The notes beneath the pieces are model-generated. The model did no database searches. It was not told the DNA's origin and saw nothing but the letters and a program-made list of their open reading frames with translations. A stretch of 64,000 nucleotides of DNA from Myxococcota bacterium (GTDB lineage Bacteria; Myxococcota_A; UBA9042; PHBI01; JAWLBL01): NCBI GenBank assembly GCA_041687695.1, contig JAWLBL010000014.1, positions 32,001 through 96,000 of the forward strand, written 5' to 3'. Below are positions 10,148 through 21,333 of the stretch, piece after piece (the first letter of the stretch is position 1; each line of letters begins with the position of its first letter). A program made the position numbers and the translations under genes.

Positions 10148-13114
10148 ATGACGCTCCATCGCCTCCGTCGCCTCGCCCGGGTCCCGCTCCTCGCGCTGCC
10201 GCTCGCCCTGGGCACCGTCACCGCCCAGCCGCCGCCCGCCGCGGCCCAGCAGTCCGACGGCGCCGACGAGGCCGAGGTCCAGTTCCGGCTGGGCAACGAC
10301 GCCTACCGCCGCGCCGACTTCCGCGTGGCCCTGGCGCACTACTTCGCCTCGAACCGCCTCGCGCCCAACCGCAACGTCCAGTTCAACATCGCCCGCTGCT
10401 ACGAGCAGCTCCGGCAGTACGTCGAAGCCTATCGCTACTACGAGGCCTTCGCGGCGCCCGAGATGTCGCCCGACGAGCGCCGGGCCCTCGACGACGCCCT
10501 CGCGCGCGTCCGGCCCTACGTCGCCCTGCTGTCCATCACCAGCGACCCGCCGGGCGCGACCATCTACATCGGGCGCCGCGACCTCGGCGGCCACGGCGTG
10601 ACGCCGCGGGTCCTCGCCCTGTCCCCCGGTCGGCACGACGTACTGCTCGACCGCGCCGGCCACGACCCGTTCCAGGCGACCGGCGTCGAGGTGAAGATCG
10701 GGGACACGGCCACCCTGACGGCGCCCCTCGCGCGCATCCTGGGCCGCCTCGAGGTCGTCGGCGAGCCGGCCGGCGCCCAGGTCACGGTCGACGACGCCGA
10801 GGGCCGCGTCACCTCCATCATGGGCCAGACGCTGAGCCTGTCGCCGGGCGAGCACCGCGTGGTGGTCAGCCACCCCGGCTACGTGCCCGTCGAGGTGCCC
10901 GCCGTCGTGCAGCCCAACGGCGACGCGCGCGTCGAGGTCAGGCTGATGCGCCAGACGGGCACGCTGGTCATCCAGTCCGAAGAGCCCGGCGCCCTCGTCC
11001 TCGTCGACGACAAGCCGATGGGCTTCACGCCCTCGGTGCTCAACGACGTCCCCTCGGGGCGCCACCTCGTCAGCGTGCAGTCCCAGGGCTTCCGCACCTT
11101 CACGACCGAGGTCGACCTCGACCCCGACCAGCGCGTCCTGGTCGAGGCGAACATGGCCGTCGCCGAGGACGTCGCCGCCGCGTCGCGCCAGACCGAGTCC
11201 ATCCTGGACGCGCCCGCCTCGGTGACCCTCATCGGCGAGCGCGAGATGGAGGCCTTCGCCTACACCGACGTCGCCGACGCGCTGCAGGGCGTCCGCGGCA
11301 CCTACCTGTCCGACGACATGACCTACGTGTCGCCCGGCGTGCGCGGCTTCAGCCCCTTCGGGCAGTACGGCAACCGGGTCCTGGTCCAGCTCGACGGCCA
11401 CACCATCAACGACAACTGGATAGGCTCGTCCTTCATCGGCTACGACCTCCTCTCCAGCCTCCACCCGCTCGAGCGCATCGAGCTGGTCCGCGGCCCGGGG
11501 TCGACCCTGTACGGCACGGGCGCCTTCTTCGGCGTCGTCAACCTGGTCACGCCGTCGCGCGCGCCCGACCACAAGGTCGAGCTGGGCGCGTCGATGGTCG
11601 ATCTCGGCGCCTTCCGCAGCTACGCCACCGTCGGCTCGCCCCTGGGCAAGGACGGCGGCTTTTGGGCCTACGGCGGCGGCGTCTACTCGCAGCCCAAGGA
11701 CTTCGTGTCGCCGTCGCGCCAGGCGTCCGACGCGGGCGCGGGCGTCGCCCAGGCCGCGGACACCTGGGACTCGGCCTCGGCCCTGGGCAAGGTGTGGCTC
11801 GGGGACGTGACCCTGCAGTGGTACTTCCACGATCGCGACAAGCAGATCCCGACCGGCGCCTTCGAGACGGTCTTCGGCGGCCCCGACCTGGCGACCTCGA
11901 ACGACCAGCGCGCCTTCGTCGAGGCGCGCTACGAGCCGCGCCTGGGCCCGTCCGCGCAGCTGCTCGGCCGCGTCTACCTCGATCACTACACCTACGACGG
12001 CCGCCTGCCCTACGGCGAGGTGGGCGCCCTCGACGAGGATCTCAGCGAGTCCTTCAACGGCAACTGGCTGGGCGCCGAGCTGCGCAGCATCTTCCGGCCC
12101 TGGGACTCCGCGCGCTTCACGGTCGGCGCCGACTACCAGCTCCACTTCCGCCACGAGGGGCGCGGCGTCGACACGCGCTCGGGCGAGACCTACTACGACG
12201 AGTCGCACCCCTTCCAGGTCTTCTCGGCCTACGCCGTCGGGGACGTGGGCCTGACCGACTGGCTCTCGGTCTCGGCCGGTCTGCGCTTCGACGGCTGGGT
12301 CATCCAGGATCTGGCCCTGCAGGGCGCCGCCGACCCGAGCGCGCGCGAGGACCGCTTCCTGTCGTCGCTCAACCCGCGCCTCGGCCTGCTCTTCCACCCG
12401 TCCAAAGACGGCACCCTCAAGGTGCTGGCCGGCCGCGCTTTCCGCGCCCCTTCGCTCTACGAGCTGACCTACTCGGACGGCGGCGCCACCCAGATCCAGA
12501 GCCCCGATCTCGACCCCGAGACCATCCTGACCGGCGAGGTCGAGTACACCCACCGCCTGCCCGGCTCGTTCTGGGCCACGGGCGCGGTCTTCGCCAACCG
12601 GATCTCGAGCCTCATCGAGCAGACCGGACAGGCGACGTCCGACGATCCGCTGCGCTACCGCAACCTGGGTGAGGACGTGTTCACCGGCGGCGCCGAGGTC
12701 GAGCTGCGCCGCGAGTTCCGGCGCGGCTGGATGATGGCCGCGCAGTACTCGTTCCAGCGCACGCGCAAGGGCGGTCTCTTCGAGGGCGAGGCCGTCGAGA
12801 ACTCGCCCGAGCACCTGGCCGGCGTGAAGCTGGTCGTCCCGCTGGTGGCGCGCGAGCTGCAGCTGGCGACGCGGCTGGCCGTACAGTCGGGGCGCCTCGA
12901 TCGCGACCTGACGCGGGCGACGGCCACCGAGCCGGCGGTCCTGTGGGACTTCACGCTCTCCGGAGAGGTCCAGGCGCTGTCGATGCACTACGCCGCCGGG
13001 CTCCGCAACCTGCTGGGCTGGCGCTACGCGCACCCCGTGGGCGGCGACGTGGCGGACCGGGCGCTCGACCAGCGCGGGATCACCGGCGTCGTGGACCTGC
13101 GCTTTTCCCTCTGA
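10148..13114 (+). CDS. TonB-dependent receptor with N-terminal TPR and PEGA domains
   Basis: Signal peptide; TPR-like helices (QFRLGNDAY..FNIARCYEQL); PEGA repeats (SITSDPPGA, GEPAGA, SEEPGA); plug motifs DAPASVTLI, RVLVQLDG, ERIELVRGPGSTLYG; barrel motifs GRAFRAPSLYEL and LDPE. Confidence 0.9.
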   Translation: MTLHRLRRLARVPLLALPLALGTVTAQPPPAAAQQSDGADEAEVQFRLGNDAYRRADFRVALAHYFASNRLAPNRNVQFNIARCYEQLRQYVEAYRYYEAFAAPEMSPDERRALDDALARVRPYVALLSITSDPPGATIYIGRRDLGGHGVTPRVLALSPGRHDVLLDRAGHDPFQATGVEVKIGDTATLTAPLARILGRLEVVGEPAGAQVTVDDAEGRVTSIMGQTLSLSPGEHRVVVSHPGYVPVEVPAVVQPNGDARVEVRLMRQTGTLVIQSEEPGALVLVDDKPMGFTPSVLNDVPSGRHLVSVQSQGFRTFTTEVDLDPDQRVLVEANMAVAEDVAAASRQTESILDAPASVTLIGEREMEAFAYTDVADALQGVRGTYLSDDMTYVSPGVRGFSPFGQYGNRVLVQLDGHTINDNWIGSSFIGYDLLSSLHPLERIELVRGPGSTLYGTGAFFGVVNLVTPSRAPDHKVELGASMVDLGAFRSYATVGSPLGKDGGFWAYGGGVYSQPKDFVSPSRQASDAGAGVAQAADTWDSASALGKVWLGDVTLQWYFHDRDKQIPTGAFETVFGGPDLATSNDQRAFVEARYEPRLGPSAQLLGRVYLDHYTYDGRLPYGEVGALDEDLSESFNGNWLGAELRSIFRPWDSARFTVGADYQLHFRHEGRGVDTRSGETYYDESHPFQVFSAYAVGDVGLTDWLSVSAGLRFDGWVIQDLALQGAADPSAREDRFLSSLNPRLGLLFHPSKDGTLKVLAGRAFRAPSLYELTYSDGGATQIQSPDLDPETILTGEVEYTHRLPGSFWATGAVFANRISSLIEQTGQATSDDPLRYRNLGEDVFTGGAEVELRREFRRGWMMAAQYSFQRTRKGGLFEGEAVENSPEHLAGVKLVVPLVARELQLATRLAVQSGRLDRDLTRATATEPAVLWDFTLSGEVQALSMHYAAGLRNLLGWRYAHPVGGDVADRALDQRGITGVVDLRFSL

Positions 13115-13243
13115 GCGCGCCCCCAGCGCGTCCGCCCCGCCGCGCGGCCGGGGCCCGCTCGCGCCACCTCCCGATTGACGTTCGGGGGCGTTTGGTCTTT
13201 TGTTCCCGCCATTCGTGACCCCCGGGACCAGGAGAAGACGAGG

Positions 13244-16150
<2,907 letters not shown>

Positions 16151-16174
16151 GCCGCGAGGCCAGGCTCTTCCGAG

Positions 16175-16209
16175 TGCCAGGGTCCTTCGGGGCCCTGGCA
16201 TTTTTTTTT
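16175..16209 (+). terminator. Rho-independent terminator after acnA
   Basis: Stem TGCCAGGGTCC / GGGCCCTGGCA with TTCG loop, followed by T9. Confidence 0.93.
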
Positions 16210-16221
16210 GGCCGTCGCCAC

Positions 16222-16246
16222 GGAACTTTCCAGCGACCCGCGCGTC
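16222..16246 (+). promoter_or_regulatory. Candidate ECF-sigma promoter GGAAC-N16-CGTC
   Basis: GGAAC at 16222-16226 and CGTC at 16243-16246, just after the acnA terminator and 40 nt before ATG 16287. Confidence 0.4.
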
Positions 16247-16286
16247 ACAGGCGACATCCCACGCCATCCCCCAGTCGGAGGTCGCC

Positions 16287-16922
16287 ATGCTGGTCCGCAC
16301 GCTCTGCAGCCTTGCCCTCGCCCTGTCCCTCGTCGCCACCGCCGCCGCGCCGGCCGCCGCCTGCGGTCACTCGATGCGCGTCAAGGTCAACCTGGACGAC
16401 TCCGAGCTGCTCGTCCGCGCCGAGCGCCTCATCGACGGCGACAAGCCGCTCGCCGGGCTGAAGCTCGTGCGCGACTTCTATCAGTCCAAGGGCTTGCGGA
16501 ACGGCTCTACCATCGAGCGCCGGGCGCGTCGCCTGGCCGCCACCGCCGTGGTCCGCCTCGAGGGCCGCTTCGACCAGCGGGCGCGCCTGCACAAGACGCC
16601 CAAGCAGCTCGCCGCCAACCTGGCGTGGGCCGTGACGACGCTGCGGGCCGAGCTCAAGCGCTCGTACGACGATCCCGCCGTCCGCATGGCGCTGGGCGAG
16701 GCGCTGTCGCGGCAGGCCGGGTCCGAGAAGGAGGCGCTGGCGCTTCTGCAGGCCCTGCGCGACGGCGAGCTGATGGTCAGCGGCTACGGCTTCGCGGCGC
16801 TGGCCCGCCTCGAGGCGGCCCACGGCGACCAGGCGGCGGCCTCGGCGGCGCGCGAGCGCTGCGCTGCGATCGCCGGCGACGCGGCCCGGGCGGTGTGCGG
16901 GGCGCCCGCGGGCCAGGGCTGA
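16287..16922 (+). CDS. Exported helical (TPR-like) hypothetical protein
   Basis: RBS GGAGG; signal peptide ending AAAC; TPR-like LGEALS / LARLEAAHGD segments. Confidence 0.75.
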   Translation: MLVRTLCSLALALSLVATAAAPAAACGHSMRVKVNLDDSELLVRAERLIDGDKPLAGLKLVRDFYQSKGLRNGSTIERRARRLAATAVVRLEGRFDQRARLHKTPKQLAANLAWAVTTLRAELKRSYDDPAVRMALGEALSRQAGSEKEALALLQALRDGELMVSGYGFAALARLEAAHGDQAAASAARERCAAIAGDAARAVCGAPAGQG

Positions 16923-16951
16923 CGCCCGAGGGGAGGCGCGGCCGGTAAGGC

Positions 16952-16979
16952 TTGCGAGGCGGCGGGGCGTCGGTACACT
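16952..16979 (+). promoter_or_regulatory. Candidate sigma70 promoter for purEK
   Basis: TTGCGA-N16-TACACT, 30 nt upstream of the purE ATG. Confidence 0.45.
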
Positions 16980-17009
16980 TCCGGCAACCCGCCGCCCCGA
17001 GGAGTCTGG

Positions 17010-17546
17010 ATGCCTGCGCCGCTGGTCGGAATCATCATGGGGAGCATCTCGGACTACGAGACGATGCGGCACGCCGAGGAGGTGCTCGCCGGCCTCGAGG
17101 TGCCGCTCGAGGTGGCCGTGGTCAGCGCCCACCGCACCCCCGAGCACATGGTCGAGTACGCCAAGCTCGCCGAGTCGCGCGGCCTCGAGATCATCATCGC
17201 GGGCGCCGGCGGGGCCGCCCACCTGCCCGGGATGGTGGCGTCGATGACGCAGCTGCCCGTCCTCGGGGTCCCCGTCCGCTCCAGCACCTTCAGCGGCGTC
17301 GACAGCCTGCTGTCCATCGTCCAGATGCCCGGCGGCGTGCCCACGGCGACCTTCGCGGTCGGCGTCGCGGGCGCCGTCAACGCGGGGCTGTTCGCGGCGC
17401 GCATGCTCGCGATACGCGACCGGGCGCTGCGGCGACGCCTCGACGCCTATGTCGCCGCGCAGGTCGAGAAGGTCCTGGTGAGCAACGACGACCTCCAGGC
17501 CCGGTCGGTCGCCGGACGTGGCGGCGACGCGGGAGCGGAGCGGTGA
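17010..17546 (+). CDS. purE: N5-CAIR mutase
   Basis: [46 protein letters not shown]. Confidence 0.97.
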   Translation: MPAPLVGIIMGSISDYETMRHAEEVLAGLEVPLEVAVVSAHRTPEHMVEYAKLAESRGLEIIIAGAGGAAHLPGMVASMTQLPVLGVPVRSSTFSGVDSLLSIVQMPGGVPTATFAVGVAGAVNAGLFAARMLAIRDRALRRRLDAYVAAQVEKVLVSNDDLQARSVAGRGGDAGAER

Positions 17547-18751
17547 ACGGGACGCGCGCCCAGCGGCGGGTGGGCCTGCTCGGAGGCGGGCAGCTGGGCC
17601 TGATGCTGGCCGAGTCGCTGCACGCCCTCGACGCCGAGGTCCACGTCTTCGACCCCGACCCGACCGCGCCGGCGCGCGCGCGGCTGCCCCGCGTCGAGAC
17701 CCACGGCTGGGCCGATCTCGACGCGCTCGGGCCCTTCATGGACCGCTGCGACGTGGTCACCTACGAGTCCGAGAACGTCCCCAGCCAGCCGTTCCGCGTG
17801 CTCGAGCGGCAAGGGCGCCTGCTGCCGTCCATCGAGGTGCTCGAGACCGCGCAGGACCGCATCGTCGAAAAGCAGTTCCTGGCGCGGGCGGGCCTGCCCC
17901 ACGTCCTGCACGAGGCCGTCACCGCGCGTGAGGACCTGCCCGCCGCCGCCGAACGGATGGGCTACCCGTTCATCCTCAAGACCGCGCGCGGCGGCTACGA
18001 CGGCAAGGGCCAACACCTCGTGCGCTCGCCCGAGGATCTGGCGACCGTGCTGGCGCACCCGGACACGACGCGCGCCACCTCGGCGGGCTGGGTGCTCGAG
18101 GAGGTGCTCGACATCGCGCTCGAGGTCAGCTGCATCGTCGGTCGCTCGGCCGACGGCGACGTCATCGCCTTCCCGCTGCTCGAGAACGCGCACAGCGAGC
18201 ACGTCCTGGACGTGACGGTCATCCCGGCCCGCGTGCCCGAGGCCGTGAGCGCGGCCCTGCGGGATCAGGCGCTGCGCGCGGCCCGCGCCCTGGAGCTGGT
18301 GGGGCTGCTGACGGTCGAGTTCTTCCTGACGCGGACGCCCGCCCGCGGCCCGGGGCTGACGGTCGACGGCCTGACCCTGTTCGTCAACGAGCTGGCGCCG
18401 CGCCCGCACAACTCGGGCCACGTGACGCGCCGCGCCTGCACCTTCAGCCAGTTCGACGCGCTGGCCCGCATCCTGGTGGGGCTGCCGCTCACCGAGCCGC
18501 GGCTGCTCGGGCCGGGCACCTTCTGCATGGGCAACCTGCTGGGCGACGTCTGGCTGGCGCAAGATCGCCGGGTCCTGGACCTGTCGGCCTGGCGGCACCA
18601 CCCCGCGGTGGTCGAGGTCTACCTGTACGGCAAGGAGCAGCCGCAGGCGCGGCGCAAGATGGGCCACTTCCTGACCTACGCCCCCGACGCCGACCAGGCC
18701 ATCGCCGCCGCCGCCGCCTTCCGCGCCGACCTCGAGGCCACGCGCGCCTGA
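17543..18751 (+). CDS. purK: N5-CAIR synthetase
   Basis: GTGA overlap with pur[44 protein letters not shown]. Confidence 0.95.
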   Translation: MNGTRAQRRVGLLGGGQLGLMLAESLHALDAEVHVFDPDPTAPARARLPRVETHGWADLDALGPFMDRCDVVTYESENVPSQPFRVLERQGRLLPSIEVLETAQDRIVEKQFLARAGLPHVLHEAVTAREDLPAAAERMGYPFILKTARGGYDGKGQHLVRSPEDLATVLAHPDTTRATSAGWVLEEVLDIALEVSCIVGRSADGDVIAFPLLENAHSEHVLDVTVIPARVPEAVSAALRDQALRAARALELVGLLTVEFFLTRTPARGPGLTVDGLTLFVNELAPRPHNSGHVTRRACTFSQFDALARILVGLPLTEPRLLGPGTFCMGNLLGDVWLAQDRRVLDLSAWRHHPAVVEVYLYGKEQPQARRKMGHFLTYAPDADQAIAAAAAFRADLEATRA

Positions 18752-18766
18752 GGCGGCCGCCCGGGC

Positions 18767-19231
18767 TCAGCCCCCCTCGAAGGCCGCGCGGGTCACGCGG
18801 TGGCGGTAGCGGAACAACAGCGCCAGCTGCGGCCACAGCGCGGCGGGCGCCAGCGCACGCCCCAGCGCGCCGCCGGGCGGGACGATCTCGATGTGGTCCT
18901 CGAGCAGGCACGCGTCGGGGCCCTCGCGCATGAAGCGGTGCGTGTGCACCCACGCGCGGAAGGGGCCCTCGATCTGCACGTCCCGGAACTGGCGCCCGGC
19001 CTGGTAGTCGCGGTGCTCGGCCACCCAGGTCACCGACAGCGGGCCGACCCCCATGCGCAGCACGGCGCGAGCGCCGTCGCGCAGGCTGGGCGGCGGCTGG
19101 AGCACGCGCACGGGCGCCCAGGGCGGAGTCAGCTCGGCCAGGACCTCGGGGCGCTCGTGCCAGGCGAAGACCGCCTCGGGCGACGCTGGGATGACCGACC
19201 GCCACACGAAGACCCAGGGGCGCCCGCTCAT
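18767..19231 (-). CDS. SRPBCC/START-fold protein
   Basis: EAVFAWHERP..LTPPW, WVAEH, FRDVQIEGPFRAWVHTHRF, FRYRH; start overlaps the sohB stop. Confidence 0.88.
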   Translation of the reverse strand: MSGRPWVFVWRSVIPASPEAVFAWHERPEVLAELTPPWAPVRVLQPPPSLRDGARAVLRMGVGPLSVTWVAEHRDYQAGRQFRDVQIEGPFRAWVHTHRFMREGPDACLLEDHIEIVPPGGALGRALAPAALWPQLALLFRYRHRVTRAAFEGG

Positions 19232-20259
19232 CCCAGCTTCCGCTCGTCGAGCTCGGCCATGGCGCGCCCGAACAGCCGGACGCCCATGCGCTCGAGCGCC
19301 TCGGTGAAGCGCTGGCTGACCGACTTGCGGATGCGGTAGCGGACGTGGAAGACGTCCGCCTCGTCGAACCGCGCGACCAGCCAGTCGTCGCTGGTCGCGA
19401 GCTCGTCCACCAGCCCCAGCGACAGGGCCTGAGCGCCGTACCAGTGCTCGCCCGTCGCGACGCGCGCGACGTCCAGCTCGGGCCGGTAGCGGCCGACCCA
19501 GTCCTTGAACAGGGCGTGGGTCTCGTCCAGATCCTGCTGGAACTTGGCGCGGCCCTTGTCGGTGTTCTCGCCGAAGACCGTGAGCGTCCGCTTGTGCTCG
19601 CCCGCGGTCAGCTGCTCGACGTCCACCTCGTGGCGCTTGAGCAGCCGATGCACGTTCGGGACCGTCGCGACGACCCCGATGGAGCCGATGACGGCGAAGG
19701 GCGCCGCCACGATGCGGTCGGCCACCGCGGCCATCATGTAGCCGCCGCTGGCCGCGACCTTGTCGACCACCGCGGTCACCGGCACCTGCCGCTCGCGCAG
19801 GCGCACCAGCTGCGACGCCGCCAGGCCGTAGGCGTGCACCAGCCCGCCCAGGCTGAACAGGCGCAGCATCACCTCGTCGCCGGGCCGGGCCGTCGACAGG
19901 ACCGCCGTCACCTCCCGGCGCAGCGACTCGACCTGGCTCGCCTTGACGTCGCCCTCGAAGGTCAGGACGAAGACGCGCTTGCGGCCGTCGCGATCCCGCT
20001 CGCCGGCCTCGGCGGCCCGTGCGGCCTTGCGCTCCTTGCGCAGGGCGCGACGCGACAGCGGCGGCCCCAGGGCGCGGCGCATCGTGTCGCGCAGGCGCCG
20101 GTAGCGACGGTTCAGGTTGGTCACGGTCAGCTGCCCGGGCTCCCGGGAGCCCCGGCCGCGGCCGCTGGCGCGCGCGATGCCGCCGACGACGAACAGGATG
20201 GCCGCCACGACGGTGACCGCCTTGGCGAGGAACAGGCCGTACTCGTAGAGGAACTGCAT
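19228..20259 (-). CDS. sohB: S49 family protease SohB
   Basis: YGLFLAK N-terminal anchor, GLVHAYGLAASQL, VDKVAASGGYMMA, GSIGVV, TAGEHKRTLT, VATGEHW. Confidence 0.95.
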   Translation of the reverse strand: MQFLYEYGLFLAKAVTVVAAILFVVGGIARASGRGRGSREPGQLTVTNLNRRYRRLRDTMRRALGPPLSRRALRKERKAARAAEAGERDRDGRKRVFVLTFEGDVKASQVESLRREVTAVLSTARPGDEVMLRLFSLGGLVHAYGLAASQLVRLRERQVPVTAVVDKVAASGGYMMAAVADRIVAAPFAVIGSIGVVATVPNVHRLLKRHEVDVEQLTAGEHKRTLTVFGENTDKGRAKFQQDLDETHALFKDWVGRYRPELDVARVATGEHWYGAQALSLGLVDELATSDDWLVARFDEADVFHVRYRIRKSVSQRFTEALERMGVRLFGRAMAELDERKLG

Positions 20260-20396
20260 GGAGCGGCGCGCCTCCGGGCGCGGGGCGGTGCGGGATCGTC
20301 GGGGGGTGGGCGGCCAGCATGCGGTGGGGCGGTCCGAGACGCCAGAACACGGCCCGTGCCTAGGGTTTCGGGGTCAACCGAGGCCCAGGAGGCATC

Positions 20397-20774
20397 ATGG
20401 AAGGTTACCGCGACCGTTACCTGGCTGGCGGCGAGGGCCGCGCCGTGACCCACACCCGCGACCGCAAGTCCATCGTGATCGGCTCGCTGTGGATGGTGGG
20501 CCTGTCGCTGCTCTTGTTCTTCCTGCCGCTCATCAACGGCTTCGTCGGGGGCCTCGTCGGCGGCTACAAGGTCGGCGGCGTCGGCCGCGCGCTGATGGCG
20601 GCCATCCTGCCGGCCATCGTCGTCGCGGCGGGCCTGTGGATCCTGCTCGCCGTCCTCGACGCCCCGCTCATCGGGCTGGTCGCCGGCGCGACGCTCGGCC
20701 TGCTGGTCCTGCTGAGCGACCTCGGGCTGTTCCTGGGCGCCGGCATCGGCGGAGCCATGAACAAGGCGCCCTGA
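20397..20774 (+). CDS. Small multi-pass membrane protein
   Basis: RBS AGGAGG; hydrophobic helices with Gly-rich GGLVGGYK segment. Confidence 0.75.
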   Translation: MEGYRDRYLAGGEGRAVTHTRDRKSIVIGSLWMVGLSLLLFFLPLINGFVGGLVGGYKVGGVGRALMAAILPAIVVAAGLWILLAVLDAPLIGLVAGATLGLLVLLSDLGLFLGAGIGGAMNKAP

Positions 20775-20998
20775 GGCGGCGCCGATCGGCGTGAGCGGCG
20801 TGGCACCGGCCCCGAGCGCCGGCCAGGCCGCCGCGCGCCGAGGTCATTGCTTTCCAAGGGGCGGGGCTTAGCATCCAGAGCTGCTGCTGCTGCTCCTGCT
20901 CGAGGGCACCGGGAGCGGCAGTCCATGGCTGCATGGCGGAGGAACCCTCGTCACCTCCGCCGGGCGCGTGCGCGCGCCTGTCTGAGGTCATTCACTCC

Positions 20999-21166
20999 AT
21001 GTCCGACCCGAAGAAGACGTCCGTCACTCCGACGCCCGACCCCCGCTCCGATGGGCCCGCGCCCGGCGACCCGGGGCCGCCGTCCCAGGACGCGTTCAAG
21101 TACGCGCTGCTCTACTTCGTGCTGCCGCTGGCGGCCCTGCTGGGCATCTACGCAGCGACCAGCTGA
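20999..21166 (+). CDS. Small 55-aa protein with C-terminal TM helix
   Basis: GAGG upstream of ATG; Pro-rich N-terminus, then YALLYFVLPLAALLGIYAA; followed by a terminator-like hairpin. Confidence 0.55.
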   Translation: MSDPKKTSVTPTPDPRSDGPAPGDPGPPSQDAFKYALLYFVLPLAALLGIYAATS

Positions 21167-21185
21167 CGCGCCGCGTCGGCCGAAG

Positions 21186-21242
21186 AGGCGCCGGATGACC
21201 CCACCGCGAGGCAGGGTCACCCGGCGCCTTCGTCGTTTCGAA
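21186..21242 (+). terminator. Terminator-like long hairpin
   Basis: AGGCGCCGG/CCGGCGCCT plus TGACCC/GGGTCA stems, GCGA tetraloop, tail TTCGTCGTTTCGAA. Confidence 0.65.
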
Positions 21243-21333
21243 CCCCTTGTGACCGCTCCCCCGGCTCCGTAGGATGCCCGACCGCGCGATCGCCGCGCCC
21301 GACGGCACCCACGCCCACGCCCGGAGAGGTCCC

